Part shown: piece after piece, positions 10,701-21,004 of the stretch
Layout of the letters: every line of letters starts with the position of its first letter
How positions within the stretch are numbered: the stretch's first letter is position 1
Source: Spirochaetia bacterium
GTDB taxonomy: Bacteria > Spirochaetota > Spirochaetia > WTKD01 > G963693115
Direction of reading: 5' to 3'
Assembly: GCA_965226055.1 (NCBI GenBank)
Contig: CBDDCA010000006.1
Location: 893,440-957,439, forward strand
Length of the DNA: 64,000 bases
Position numbers and translations under genes: made by a program
Notes under the pieces: model-generated
Seen by the model: the letters and a program-made list of their open reading frames with translations, nothing else
Database searches by the model: none
Told to the model about the DNA's origin: nothing

Positions 10701-13700
10701 ATATGGATAGCATGTTTGAAGGATCAAAATTTACTGGGGAGCATGGGGATATAAGTGGATGGAATGTGAGTAACGTGATAAATATGAATGATATGTTTAA
10801 GAAGTCATTATATAACGGGAATATATCAGGCTGGGATGTGAGCAATGTGGAACATATGAGCGGGATGTTTCAAGAGGCAATGTATAACAAAGATATAACG
10901 AAGTGGGATGTGAGAAATGTTGTTGATATGGAAGCAATGTTCTATAAAAATACGGTATTTAATCAAGGGATAGTAGGCTGGAATGTGCGAAAGGTAGGCA
11001 ATATGAAGTTGATGTTTAGTGAAACAGGAGCGTTTAATCAAGATATATCGGATTGGTCAGTTGATAGTGTTGTGAATGTGGAAAAGATGTTTCAAGGAGC
11101 AAAGAGGTTTAATCAAGATTTGGAGAGCTGGGCAGAGCATGTGCAAGGCAGGACAATAAATAAAAAAGATATATTCAATACGGGAGCAGGAGATGGAGGA
11201 GAGGTAATACCAGTAGGGAAGATACCGACTTGGTTGTATACCTTTAGTGTCGTGCTTGATGGAAAAGAGAGCAATGTATTGAATGTGTTTCAAGGCAAGG
11301 ATATTCGCATAACGATAGAAAAGAAGTATCCTACTAAGGCGACAGGAACATATTCTATATCTCCTAACATACAGACTGATATAGGGCTCACGTTGAATAA
11401 AGATACGGGGACAATAACAGGAAATCCGAACAAAGCAGTGAGCATGCAAGAATATACAGTGACATTTACAGGGACAAGAGAGTATGCAGGCAAAGTGTTT
11501 ACCCTGCCGTTGAAGATAACGGTAGTAGAGGGGACCTATCAGTATTTTCCAAAGAGTAAAGCAGCCTTGATAACAGCAATAAAAGAAGTGATGGACACAG
11601 ATGAAAATGGGAAACCTGATGATAATGGAGCAAATTTGAATGTTATATACACAGGCAATATCACAGATATGAGTTATGTATTTAATGATAGTGCCTTGAG
11701 GAGCTTTACTGGAGATATATCAGGTTGGAATGTAAGTAATGTTGTCAATATGCGGGATATGTTTAAGGAGAGTCGATTTACTGGAGATATATCAAGGTGG
11801 GATGTAAGTAATGTGAGATATATGCAAGGTATGTTTTATAAATCGCAGTTTACTGGAGATATATCAGGCTGGGATGTAAGTGATGTAGAACAGATGCACT
11901 GGATGTTCCGTGAATCGCAATTTAATGGGGATATATCAAACTGGAAGGTAAGCAAAGTAACAAATATGAGTAATATGTTTCGAGGAGCGAAGAAATTTAA
12001 TCAAGATTTGGATGGCTGGGCAGAGCATGTGCAAGGCAGGACAATAAATAAAAAAGATATATTCAAAAATAAAGCAGGAGATGGGTTTATAGCATCGCTC
12101 TCAGATGAGAATATTGCATCGTGGATATATACGCTTACGCAAACATATGAAGGGACGGCACTCAACGCCTTTCCTTTGTTGACAGGGCGTCAGGTGAATA
12201 TCGTTCTTACTAAAAATCCATCTGCTGCAACAGGAAGCTATGATCTTCAACCAAATACATTGCGAGTGGATACTGGCCTGCATTTTAATAAAAATACAGG
12301 AGAGATATACGGGACACCCACAAGAGCATTAGCGAGTAAAAGCTATACGGTAAAATTTACAGGCGGTGGTGCGTATAGTGGCAAGGATGTGCAGAAGGTA
12401 TTTACGATAAAGGTAGAGGTAAATAATGGAGTCAATGGATATAAGTATTTTCCTACGAATAAGTCAGCATTGATAACAGCAATAAAGGCAGTAATGAATG
12501 CAGACGATGATGGAGATGGAAATGCAAATGGAAATACGGCTAATTTGAATAGAATATATACAAGACATATTACCGATATGAGCAAAGTATTTAAAGCAGC
12601 AGCATTGAGAAATTTTAATGGAGACATATCAAAGTGGGATGTGAGTAATGTGAAGAATATGGCAGATATGTTTAATGGGAGTACATTTAATGGAGATATA
12701 TCGGGCTGGGATGTAAGGAGTACGACAAATATAGCAGGTATGTTTGCTTTGAGTACATTTAATGGGGATATATCGGGCTGGGATGTAAGGAATGTAACAA
12801 AGATGGGATGGATGTTTTATAAAGCGAAAGCATTTAATAAGGATATATCGGACTGGGCAGTCGATAAGGTGACTGATATGCAAAAGATGTTTTATGGAGC
12901 AATAGCATTTGATCAAGATGTAGAAGCATGGAAAGATCATATGGGGGGCAGATCAGTCAATATATCAGATATGTTCAAAAATGCATCAGGGAATGGCTTG
13001 ATAGCATCACTCTCAAGTGAGCATATACCATCGTGGTTATATACATTTACCCAAACATATGAAGGGGCGGGACTCAATACATTTCCTTTGTTGACAGGGC
13101 GTCAGGTGAGCGTTGTTCTTACGAAGTATCCATCTTCTGCGACAGGAAGCTATGAGCTACAACCAGATACATTGCAAGTGGATACTGGCTTGCGTTTTAA
13201 TAAAAATACAGGAGAGATACATGGTACTCCCACGAAAGCATTAGTAAGTAAAAGTTACACGGTGAAGTTTATTGGGAATGGTGCGTATAATGGAAAGAAT
13301 GCACAAAAAGTGTTTACGATACAAGTGGAAGAAAAAAGTGGCATCTATGAGTATAAGTATTTTCCAAAGAGTAAAGCAGCCTTGATAACAGCGATAAAAG
13401 CGGTAATGAATGCAGACGATGATGGGGATGGGAATGCAAATGGAAATACAGCTAACTTGAATGTAATATATACAGGAAATATAAGTGATATGAGTGGAGT
13501 ATTTAATACTGTAGCATTGAGAAATTTTAATGGGGATATATCAAAGTGGAATGTGAGCAATGTTACAAATATGAACAGTATGTTTGAAAGTAATACTGCA
13601 TTTAATGGGGATATAACAGGATGGTCAGTGGATAGTGTAACTACTATGCAGAGGATGTTTCGAGGAGCGACATCGTTTGATAAGGACTTGGAAGCATGGG

Positions 13701-15304
13701 CAGAACATATAGGAGATAGAGCAGTGAATGTATCGGATATATTTACTAATGCTAGTGATACTGGGTACATATTCTCTGATAAGACGAAAATACCGAGTTG
13801 GGCCTATGAGGTATCTCAGAGCTATAAAGGAACAGTATCATCATCGTTTATAGTATTTACTGGGCAGGATATAAGAGTATCATTGACAAATACAGGAGTT
13901 TCAAACTTTGATGCAACAGGAGCATATAGCATAGAGCCAAGTACCTTTACTGCAGACACAGGATTACGCTTTAGTGCAAGTGATGGGCAGATAAGCGGAG
14001 CTCCTACAAAAGCAGTATCAGGTAAGTATACTATAGTGTTTACAGGGAATAATGCATATGCAGGAAAAAAAGCAGAGCAGTCATTTACTATAACGATACA
14101 CAAAGTGAATGGGACCTATACCTATTATCCTCTTACAAAATCAGAGTTACAAGAGGCTATGAAGACACTCATATCTGCATATGGGAATGATGTGGATTTG
14201 AATGTAATATATACGGGGCATATTACGAATATGAGCAGGTTATTTTTTAGGAGTGGAGTATCTCCATCGTTTAATGGTAATATGTCGCAGTGGGATGTAA
14301 GTAATGTTACAAATATGGCATTTATGTTTGCTAATGCACATTTTAATGGTGATATATCGAATTGGAATGTAAGCAAAGTGGGAAATATGGAGTACATGTT
14401 TAGTGGTTCTCGTTTTAATGGAGATATATCATTGTGGGATGTAGGGAATGTTAGAAATATGAGTGCTATGTTTTATGGTGCTAGAACCTTTAATAAGGAT
14501 ATATCAAGTTGGGATGTAAGTAAGGTTGCTTATATGGATGGTATGTTTTGGAATAGTAAATTTAATGGAAATATATCAAAATGGAATGTAGGGAATGTTA
14601 GAAATATGTGGTATATGTTTAGAGGTTCTTCCTTTACAGGAGAGCATGGAGGTATAGCAGATTGGAATGTGAGTAGAGTTACAAATATGGAGTATACATT
14701 TGGAGATAATCGATTTAATGGAGATATCTCAAGGTGGAATGTAAGTAGTGTAACCTCAATGCTTGGTATGTTTAGCGGTTCTCATTTTGATGGGGATATA
14801 TCAAAGTGGGATGTAAGGAATGTTACTATGATGAGACTTATGTTTAAGGGATCTTCCTTTACGGGAAAGCATGGGGGTATGCCAGATTGGCAAACAGGGA
14901 AGGTGCGGGATATGCAAGGTATGTTTGAGGAAAGTAAATTTAATGGAGATATATCAAGATGGGATACAAGTAAAGTTATAAATATGTATTATATGTTTAA
15001 GAATAATAAAGTATTCAATCAAGATTTATCAAAGTGGGATATAAGGAAAGTTATAAATATAAGAGAGATGTTTATGGGAGCAATAGCCTTTAATCAAGAT
15101 ATATCAGACTGGGTATTTGAAACAACACATAATCTTACGAGTATATTGGAAGGTGCAACAGCCTTTAATCAGGACATATATAAATGGGGAAGACATGTAA
15201 GCAAAAATGATTGGCCTTCTGCATTTAGAGGTACTGCTTTAGAAAAAAATGGTAAGGTACCAGATTGGGCAGGAGGAAGCTATACGGGACCTGCATCCCC
15301 TTAA
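7742..15304 (+). CDS. Giant surface lipoprotein with 8 BspA/DUF285 blocks alternating with 7 putative Ig (He_PIG-like) domains
   Basis: AGGAGG RBS; lipobox VLIS-C; FNGDISxWDVSxVxxMxxMF repeats separated by TGLxxdxxTGxIxGxPT Ig-like segments. Confidence 0.9.
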   Translation: MKKYVLFSIMILSIYMTVVVLISCEEPSSGSSGSSSGGNTAPDGYVQPETKAQLLTLISEQVGKDSRANLNSIDTSKISDMSSLFVKYPTFNGNISKWNVSNVVNMSSMFEGVTSFNGDISDWKVSKVTDMSSMFKQATAFNGNVSQWDVSAVVNMSSTFQGAVLFNADISKWDMSSVAKMDSMFEGARTFNQDTKLWNVAPLVSTSSKNVFKDSGVSKEPRWLTLEVALKPKEMLFAVVGQALDFSISRYPVTATGTFALTPVNTGDKLPAGMVFDRATGTITASAGAISAASKDAPIEFTVTFTGTGAFEKAENSNVTGTLSVLVQNVPTTKEELVAILKQIVDTDGNGSIDKATVSLNDIDVSGITDMSGLFHDEVLSKFTGDISGWDVSNVVNMNSMFRSSQFNGDISDWDVGKVVDMRKMFYEAQFTQDVEDWAEHIEGRKVDTTEAFSNGKGGLIFSEEKLPTWAYIFELRLNGSKIDTVTVVQGERVKILLDTQLPSSVTGEYAIHPDIAMDTGGIKFDKATGTISGIPTKQVSKKSYTIMFIGNGQYQGKSKALVLRVAVKENQGKYTHYPTSRAQLITAIKEKMDIDGDRVLDDIKADLNTIFTSNITDMRGVFYESSLRSFNGDISKWDVSNVMRMDEMFRKSSFTGDISGWDVSKVVNMNSMFEGSKFNGDISGWDVSKVADMGAMFKDNTVFNGNIASWKVGNVNNMHSLFYNAQSFNQDIRSWDVSNVVDMERMLYKAIAFDKDISGWAVDRVTDMQHMFQGANSFNQDLEAWKEHIGSRTVDTTDIFRNAANNGNIVSSEKLPSWVYALQYSYNAKAVTEVVVEKDSSSVVFRMARVPKEATGGYTIEPNTLRLDTGLTLDAATGDISGVPTKALSKKEYTITFTGTNAYSGKRASTSLSISINDLSGKKYIPQSKIELIENIKTEIGLNGNTADLNGIYTGYITNMSGIFYHNVLRDFNGDISGWDVSAVVNMDSMFEGSKFTGEHGDISGWNVSNVINMNDMFKKSLYNGNISGWDVSNVEHMSGMFQEAMYNKDITKWDVRNVVDMEAMFYKNTVFNQGIVGWNVRKVGNMKLMFSETGAFNQDISDWSVDSVVNVEKMFQGAKRFNQDLESWAEHVQGRTINKKDIFNTGAGDGGEVIPVGKIPTWLYTFSVVLDGKESNVLNVFQGKDIRITIEKKYPTKATGTYSISPNIQTDIGLTLNKDTGTITGNPNKAVSMQEYTVTFTGTREYAGKVFTLPLKITVVEGTYQYFPKSKAALITAIKEVMDTDENGKPDDNGANLNVIYTGNITDMSYVFNDSALRSFTGDISGWNVSNVVNMRDMFKESRFTGDISRWDVSNVRYMQGMFYKSQFTGDISGWDVSDVEQMHWMFRESQFNGDISNWKVSKVTNMSNMFRGAKKFNQDLDGWAEHVQGRTINKKDIFKNKAGDGFIASLSDENIASWIYTLTQTYEGTALNAFPLLTGRQVNIVLTKNPSAATGSYDLQPNTLRVDTGLHFNKNTGEIYGTPTRALASKSYTVKFTGGGAYSGKDVQKVFTIKVEVNNGVNGYKYFPTNKSALITAIKAVMNADDDGDGNANGNTANLNRIYTRHITDMSKVFKAAALRNFNGDISKWDVSNVKNMADMFNGSTFNGDISGWDVRSTTNIAGMFALSTFNGDISGWDVRNVTKMGWMFYKAKAFNKDISDWAVDKVTDMQKMFYGAIAFDQDVEAWKDHMGGRSVNISDMFKNASGNGLIASLSSEHIPSWLYTFTQTYEGAGLNTFPLLTGRQVSVVLTKYPSSATGSYELQPDTLQVDTGLRFNKNTGEIHGTPTKALVSKSYTVKFIGNGAYNGKNAQKVFTIQVEEKSGIYEYKYFPKSKAALITAIKAVMNADDDGDGNANGNTANLNVIYTGNISDMSGVFNTVALRNFNGDISKWNVSNVTNMNSMFESNTAFNGDITGWSVDSVTTMQRMFRGATSFDKDLEAWAEHIGDRAVNVSDIFTNASDTGYIFSDKTKIPSWAYEVSQSYKGTVSSSFIVFTGQDIRVSLTNTGVSNFDATGAYSIEPSTFTADTGLRFSASDGQISGAPTKAVSGKYTIVFTGNNAYAGKKAEQSFTITIHKVNGTYTYYPLTKSELQEAMKTLISAYGNDVDLNVIYTGHITNMSRLFFRSGVSPSFNGNMSQWDVSNVTNMAFMFANAHFNGDISNWNVSKVGNMEYMFSGSRFNGDISLWDVGNVRNMSAMFYGARTFNKDISSWDVSKVAYMDGMFWNSKFNGNISKWNVGNVRNMWYMFRGSSFTGEHGGIADWNVSRVTNMEYTFGDNRFNGDISRWNVSSVTSMLGMFSGSHFDGDISKWDVRNVTMMRLMFKGSSFTGKHGGMPDWQTGKVRDMQGMFEESKFNGDISRWDTSKVINMYYMFKNNKVFNQDLSKWDIRKVINIREMFMGAIAFNQDISDWVFETTHNLTSILEGATAFNQDIYKWGRHVSKNDWPSAFRGTALEKNGKVPDWAGGSYTGPASP

Positions 15305-15404
15305 AGGAGAGGGTAGAAGTGTATAAACAGTAATGACGATGTGCATATATTTTTTATAATTCTCTTGAATAGAAACGCTAATAATGATAGTATTAAAATT
15401 AGTA

Positions 15405-15492
15405 GGAGAGATGTCCGAGTGGTTTAAGGAGGCGGTCTTGAAAACCGTTGTGCGGTAACCCCGTACCCTGGGTTCGAATCCCAGTCTCTCCG
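15405..15492 (+). tRNA. tRNA-Ser(TGA)
   Basis: GGAGAGA/TCTCTCC acceptor stem, anticodon arm GCGGT-CT-TGA-AA-ACCGT, long variable arm, GGTTCGAATCC T-loop; CCA not encoded. Confidence 0.96.
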
Positions 15493-15597
15493 TTTTTTGA
15501 TATACTCTGATACAAAAGTTCATTTAGGAAAATGGACTTCTATTCTTTAGCTCTAATGCTTAAAACAGTTATTTTAGAATTTTTGTATAATAACTTT

Positions 15598-17765
15598 ATG
15601 AATAAATTGAAAGTAAATTTTCAACACTGCTATGGCATTAAAAGCCTTAAACAAGAGTTTGAGTTTAAAAATAACAGTAAGGCTTTTTCAATATATGCCC
15701 AAAATGGAGTAATGAAAACATCATTTGCAAAAACTTTTGATGATTACTCAAAAGACGAAGAAACACAAGATAGGCTTTTCCAGATAGAGAAACTGTGAGA
15801 GAAATTACAGCGGATGGAGAAGATATAAATCCTGAAAGTATTTTTGTTATCAAACCATATGACGAAAAGTATCAATCAGAAAAGATATCAACATTACTTG
15901 CTAGTCAAAAACTAAAGGAAACATATGATTCTATTTACCAAAATATTGATAATGCAAAAGATGATCTATTTAGAGAACTATCTGGCTTAGCAGGACAAGG
16001 AGAAGATAGTATAGAGGAAGAGATAGAAAATGTATTTGATAATAAACCTTTTCTTGATATCCTGCTTGAGAAGGAGAAGGAAATTTCTGTTCCTAAAAAT
16101 GATTCATTTCCGTATCATGATATTCAATATCAGACTATTTTTAATGGCACAGTTAAAAAATTTTTAGAGACAAAAGATGTTAAAGAGAGTATAAAAGAAT
16201 ATATTGAAAAATATAATGAACTTATTGAAGAATCACCATATTTAAAAAGAGAATTTAATATATATCATTTTGAAAAAATACAAAGCCAACTTGAAAAAAA
16301 CAATTTTTTTAATGCAAGTCATTCTGTAAATTTATTTGATGGTAAAAATAAAAATGAATATTCAAGTAGTGATGAATTAAAAACAACTTTAGAAACAGCA
16401 AAAAAAGACATTTTAAATAATGCAGAACTTCAAAGCATTTTTGATACGATTAATAAAAAAATCAAAAATAATGATTTAAGAAATTTTCGTGATTACTTAC
16501 TAAACAATCAAGAAATTTTATCAAAATTGGCTGATCTGCCAAAGTTAGCAAAAAATATATGGTGTTCATATTTTGTAGAGCATAAAGCATTATTTTTAGA
16601 TTTGACAAAAAAATATAAAGATGGGCAAGAAAAGATTAAAGAAATTTTAGCTGAAGCAGAAAAAGAAACAACTGAATGGGATAATGTGATTAGTATTTTT
16701 AATACAAGATTTTCTCAATTACCGTTTCATTTAGAAATAAAGAATCAGAAAGATGTTATTTTAAGAGAGGATACCCCAACTATTGAATTTGTGTTTGAAG
16801 ATAAATATAGCAAGGATGAAAAAATTTACAAAGATAAAGAAGAGCTTTTAAAAATATTAAGTAGAGGGGAGCAAAGAGCATTATATATTTTGAATATTAT
16901 TTTTGAAATGGAAGCAAGAAAAGGAGAGGAAGATGAAACATTATTTGTTTTTGATGATATAGCAGATTCTTTTGATTATAAAAATAAGTATGCAATAATT
17001 GAATATTTGAAGTATATGTCTGAAGAGAAAAATTTCTATATGCTCATATTAACTTATAATTTTGATTTCTTTAGAACAGTAAAGAGTAGAGGAATTTCTT
17101 CTTATAACCAATGTTTTATTGCAATCAAAAACGATTCAGAAGTTACGTTGGAAAAGGTACAATATTTAAACAACCCTTTCACAGAATTGAAAAAAGATTT
17201 GAAGGATAATAAAAAATTAATTTCATCAATTCCATTTTTAAGAAATATTATTGAATATACACAAGGCAAAGAAAATGATGATTATTCAAAGTTGACATCT
17301 GTATTGCATTATAAAAATAATACTGAGTATCTGACAGTAGGATGTATAAAGGAGGTTTTTAAGAACAATATTAAAAATATAAATTTTCCAGAAGATAATT
17401 TAGATAAAAAAATACTTGAGTTAGTTTTTGAGACAGCAGATAAATGCTTAAATGCAAATGAAGGGATAAATTTAGAAAATAAAATAGTCCTTTCAATTGC
17501 AATTAGATTAAAAGCTGAGCAGTTTATGAAATCTAACATAAAAAACAAACATGATAGAGAAGGTAATCAAACTTGGAAATTATTTAAAGATTACGAAAAA
17601 GAATTCTCAAATAAAAAAGAGAATATAGAAATTTTAAAAAGAGTAATTTTAATTACTCCAGAAAATATTCATATCAATTCATTTATGTATGAGCCAATAT
17701 TGGATATGGGGGATATTGAGTTGAGAGAATTATATAAAAAAACAAAGGAGAAACTAAAAGTTTAG
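15598..17765 (+). pseudogene. Frameshifted ABC/SMC-like ATPase (AAA_13/RloC-like superfamily)
   Basis: Walker A (AQNGVMKTS) lies in ORF 15598-15798. Signature LSRGEQ, Walker B/D-loop FVFDDIADSFDYKNK and ENIHINSFMYEP lie in the overlapping frame. One missing base at CTTTTCC (15775-15781) would join them as DRLF-PDRETVRE. Confidence 0.75.
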
Positions 17766-17776
17766 CAGATAAAAAA

Positions 17777-17850
17777 TGGAGATAAAGGGATTCGAACCCT
17801 TGACCCCTAGAATGCAAATCTAGTGCTCTAGCCAGCTGAGCTATATCCCC
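17777..17850 (-). tRNA. tRNA-Ala(TGC)
   Basis: Reverse complement GGGGATATAGCTCAGCTGGCTAGAGC...CTAGA-TT-TGC-AT-TCTAG...GGTTCGAATCC...TATCTCCA; G3:U70 pair present. Confidence 0.96.
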
Positions 17851-18100
17851 ATGTAATATACAGTGTATCATCAAGTAAAAAAAAATGCAAGTGTGGGTAT
17901 ACGGTATTTGGAAATTCAAGCATTAAGTGCGATAAAGTAGTAATATAAGACAGCGTTCTCTGTTTTTTTTTGTTTCATGTGATTTTTTGTTCTTATTTCT
18001 ATGGTAAAATTCCAAATTTTCCAAGAAATTAAATTGCATTAATAAGTAATTTCATGGTATACTATTACTAATAAAATTAAATTATAAATGGTAGGTATTT

Positions 18101-19213
18101 ATGGCACTAACAATTGGTATTTTAAAAGAATCTGATTCGCGTGTTGCAATAGTTCCAGACAGTATCAAAGATCTGCAAAAATTAGGGCTTACATTACAGC
18201 TCGTAAAGGATGCAGGTACTGCAGCTGGTTTTCCAGATGATATGTATACTAAACAAAAAGCAAAAGTGGTTACTAAACCTGTTTTGCTAAGTAAGTCTGA
18301 TATTATTGTTTCACTCAATCCGATATCATCAGTTGATCAATTAAAACTTAAGGCAAATGCTGTTTTAATTTCTCGCTATGCCCCTTATGACAATAAAAGT
18401 AAGGTAAAGGGATATGTAAAGAAAAATCACACTCTATTTAGTTTAGATATGATTCCACGAATTACAGTCGCACAATCTTCTGACGTATTGTCTTCTTTGG
18501 CGTCAATAGCAGGATATAAAGCGGTACTAATAGCAGCTAACACGCTTACGCGGTATTATCCAATGCTCACTACTGCAGCTGGAAGTATTCCTCCTGCGAA
18601 AGTATTGGTAATTGGGGCAGGGGTAGCAGGGTTGCAAGCAATTGCTACTGCACGTCGTTTAGGTGCTGTAGTAGAAGCCTCTGATACAAGAGCTGCAGCA
18701 AAGGATGAAGTAAAGAGTTTAGGCGCAAAATTTGTTGAAGTAGAAGGAGCAACTGATGATACATCTGCTGGAGGGTATGCTGTAGAGCAGACAGAAGAAT
18801 ATAAGAAGAAACAGAAAGAAGCACTTGCTGCAAGTGTAGCCCGTTCTGATGTTGTTATTGCAACTGCACAGTTACGAGGAAAGCCTGCTCCTAAAATTAT
18901 TACGAAGGCAATGGTAGAATCTATGAAGCCTGGAGGAGTAATTGTTGATTTGGCATCATCTACGGGAGGAAACTGTGAACTGAGTAAAGATAACAAGACT
19001 ATTAAGCATAAAGGTATTACTATTATTGGTAATTCTGATCTTTCTGAGCAAGTAGCTTCTCATGCATCGGTACTATACAGTAAGAATGCTTTTAATTTTA
19101 TAAAATTTATGCTGGATGAGAAAGGGAAGCTTGAGCCTACAACTCTTACTCATGAAGTAGTTGAAAAAAGCTGTATTGTTCATAAAGGACAACTTTTATA
19201 TAAGGAGAAGTAA
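18101..19213 (+). CDS. pntA: NAD(P) transhydrogenase subunit alpha part 1
   Basis: RVAIVP, PRITVAQSSDVLSS, VLVIGAGVAGLQAIATARRLGA, GGNCEL. Confidence 0.95.
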   Translation: MALTIGILKESDSRVAIVPDSIKDLQKLGLTLQLVKDAGTAAGFPDDMYTKQKAKVVTKPVLLSKSDIIVSLNPISSVDQLKLKANAVLISRYAPYDNKSKVKGYVKKNHTLFSLDMIPRITVAQSSDVLSSLASIAGYKAVLIAANTLTRYYPMLTTAAGSIPPAKVLVIGAGVAGLQAIATARRLGAVVEASDTRAAAKDEVKSLGAKFVEVEGATDDTSAGGYAVEQTEEYKKKQKEALAASVARSDVVIATAQLRGKPAPKIITKAMVESMKPGGVIVDLASSTGGNCELSKDNKTIKHKGITIIGNSDLSEQVASHASVLYSKNAFNFIKFMLDEKGKLEPTTLTHEVVEKSCIVHKGQLLYKEK

Positions 19214-19214
19214 T

Positions 19215-19541
19215 ATGACTATTATTGAAGGAATTTTAGGGTATCTTTCACAGTATTTAACACAGATAACTATGCTAATTTTTGCATCTTTTGTAGGAAT
19301 GGAAATAATAGGACGTGTTCCTACACTGCTTCATACTCCTCTTATGTCTGGAGCAAATGCAATTAGTGGAGTAACTGTTATTGGTGGTATCTATCTTGTA
19401 CGTACTGCAAGCACTGGGGATGTGCTTACTATCTTTTTAGGGGCACTTGCTGTGTTCTTAGGAGCTATCAATGTAGCTGGTGGTTTTGCCGTTACAAATC
19501 GTATGCTTGAAAAATTTAAGAAAGAGAAGGGGGATTCTTAA
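19215..19541 (+). CDS. NAD(P) transhydrogenase subunit alpha part 2 (membrane)
   Basis: VPTLLHTPLMSGANAISG, NVAGGFAVTNRML; AGGAG RBS before ATG 19215. Confidence 0.93.
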   Translation: MTIIEGILGYLSQYLTQITMLIFASFVGMEIIGRVPTLLHTPLMSGANAISGVTVIGGIYLVRTASTGDVLTIFLGALAVFLGAINVAGGFAVTNRMLEKFKKEKGDS

Positions 19542-19542
19542 A

Positions 19543-20952
19543 ATGAATTATTCTGATACTATAGTAGAAATCTTCTATTTAATTGGAACTATCTTTTTTA
19601 TTTATGGCATAAAAAGAATGTCTCACCCTGATACTGCTCGAAATGGAAACTTTATTGGTGCAATTGGTATGGTGATAGGTATTGTAACAATATTATTTTC
19701 TCCGCTTAGCAATGCTAATAGTAATGTAGTTCTTGTTTATGCCATAATTTTTATTGCTCTTATAGCAGGATCTATTATTGGAATATATGCGTCAGTAAAG
19801 GTAAAATTAACTGCAATGCCCGAAATGGTATCTTTGTTTAATGGCTTTGGTGGTGGATGTTCTATGCTTATTGGATATACAGAGCTATATAAACTAGTAG
19901 GCACTCCTGTTGCAGCTAATCCTTTGCTTGTACTCACTGGTATTTTTGCTGTATTTGTTGGTGCTATTACATTGATAGGATCAATAGTAGCATGGGGGAA
20001 ACTTTCGGGTTTTTTAAGGGATGCAATAAAATTGCCATTTCCTCAAATTATTAATCTTGTCTTACTTATTGTGACCATTGTGGTAGGGTATTATGTGATG
20101 ACCGCCTCAGTACTCAGTCTTGGAATAATTGGTTTACTCATACTTATTTCATGTGTATATGGGTTTACTTTTGTTACTCCAATAGGTGGTGGGGATATGC
20201 CAGTGGTAATATCATTGCTTAATTCTTTTAGTGGTGTGGCGGCAACTATTTCAGGTTTACTCTATAACAACACATTTATGATTGTTGGGGGACTATTGGT
20301 GGGAGCATCAGGTACTATTCTTACTATTTTAATGTGTAAAGCTATGAATCGCTCCCTTATCAATGTATTGATTGGTGGGTTAGGAGCTACTGCGCTTGCT
20401 GTTGACGGAGATGAGAATAAGGTGGTTCGTGAAGTTTCATTTGCAGATCTTGCCGTACAGCTTAAGTATTCTGGTAAAGTTATGATTGTCCCTGGATATG
20501 GCTTAGCGGTAGCACAAGCACAACACGCTTGTCATGAGCTTGAAAAACAGTTAGAAGCAGAAGGGGTGCAAGTGGCATATGCAATTCATCCAGTCGCTGG
20601 ACGTATGCCTGGTCACATGAATGTATTGCTTGCTGAAGCACAGGTATCATATGAAAAACTTCTTGAATTAGAGCCTGCAAATGAACAGTTTCCTAGTACG
20701 GATGTTATTCTTGTAATAGGAGCAAATGATGTTGTAAACCCTGCAGCAAAAGAAAATCCTGGCAGTCCTATATATGGTATGCCTATTCTTGATGTAGAAC
20801 AAGCTAAGACCGTTATTGTTTTTAAGCGTAGTATGAGAACAGGGTATGCTGGAGTAGATAACCCTCTTTTTTATAAAGAGAATACGCGTATGCTTTTTGG
20901 TGATGCGAAAGATAGCTTGTCAAAGCTAAAGTCCGAAGTAGCCAGTGTATAA
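19543..20952 (+). CDS. pntB: NAD(P) transhydrogenase subunit beta
   Basis: IGGGDMPVVISLLNS, PGYGLAVAQAQ, IHPVAGRMPGHMNVLLAEA, GANDVVNP. Confidence 0.96.
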   Translation: MNYSDTIVEIFYLIGTIFFIYGIKRMSHPDTARNGNFIGAIGMVIGIVTILFSPLSNANSNVVLVYAIIFIALIAGSIIGIYASVKVKLTAMPEMVSLFNGFGGGCSMLIGYTELYKLVGTPVAANPLLVLTGIFAVFVGAITLIGSIVAWGKLSGFLRDAIKLPFPQIINLVLLIVTIVVGYYVMTASVLSLGIIGLLILISCVYGFTFVTPIGGGDMPVVISLLNSFSGVAATISGLLYNNTFMIVGGLLVGASGTILTILMCKAMNRSLINVLIGGLGATALAVDGDENKVVREVSFADLAVQLKYSGKVMIVPGYGLAVAQAQHACHELEKQLEAEGVQVAYAIHPVAGRMPGHMNVLLAEAQVSYEKLLELEPANEQFPSTDVILVIGANDVVNPAAKENPGSPIYGMPILDVEQAKTVIVFKRSMRTGYAGVDNPLFYKENTRMLFGDAKDSLSKLKSEVASV

Positions 20953-20970
20953 TATATCATTGATAATAAT

Positions 20971-21000
20971 AAAAAAGCCTCCTATACGGAGGCTTTTTTA
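20971..21000. terminator. Bidirectional intrinsic terminator
   Basis: AAAAAAGCCTCC-TATAC-GGAGGCTTTTT between convergent genes. Confidence 0.88.
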
Positions 21001-21004
21001 TTGC

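Noticed and set aside
5999-15200. Regularly spaced ~69-75 bp repeats as a CRISPR array
   Set aside because: The repeats are degenerate, in frame and encode BspA/DUF285 units inside long ORFs; there are no unique spacers and no cas genes.
15239-17919. ORFs 15239-15523 and 17683-17919
   Set aside because: They run through tRNA genes and are spurious translations.
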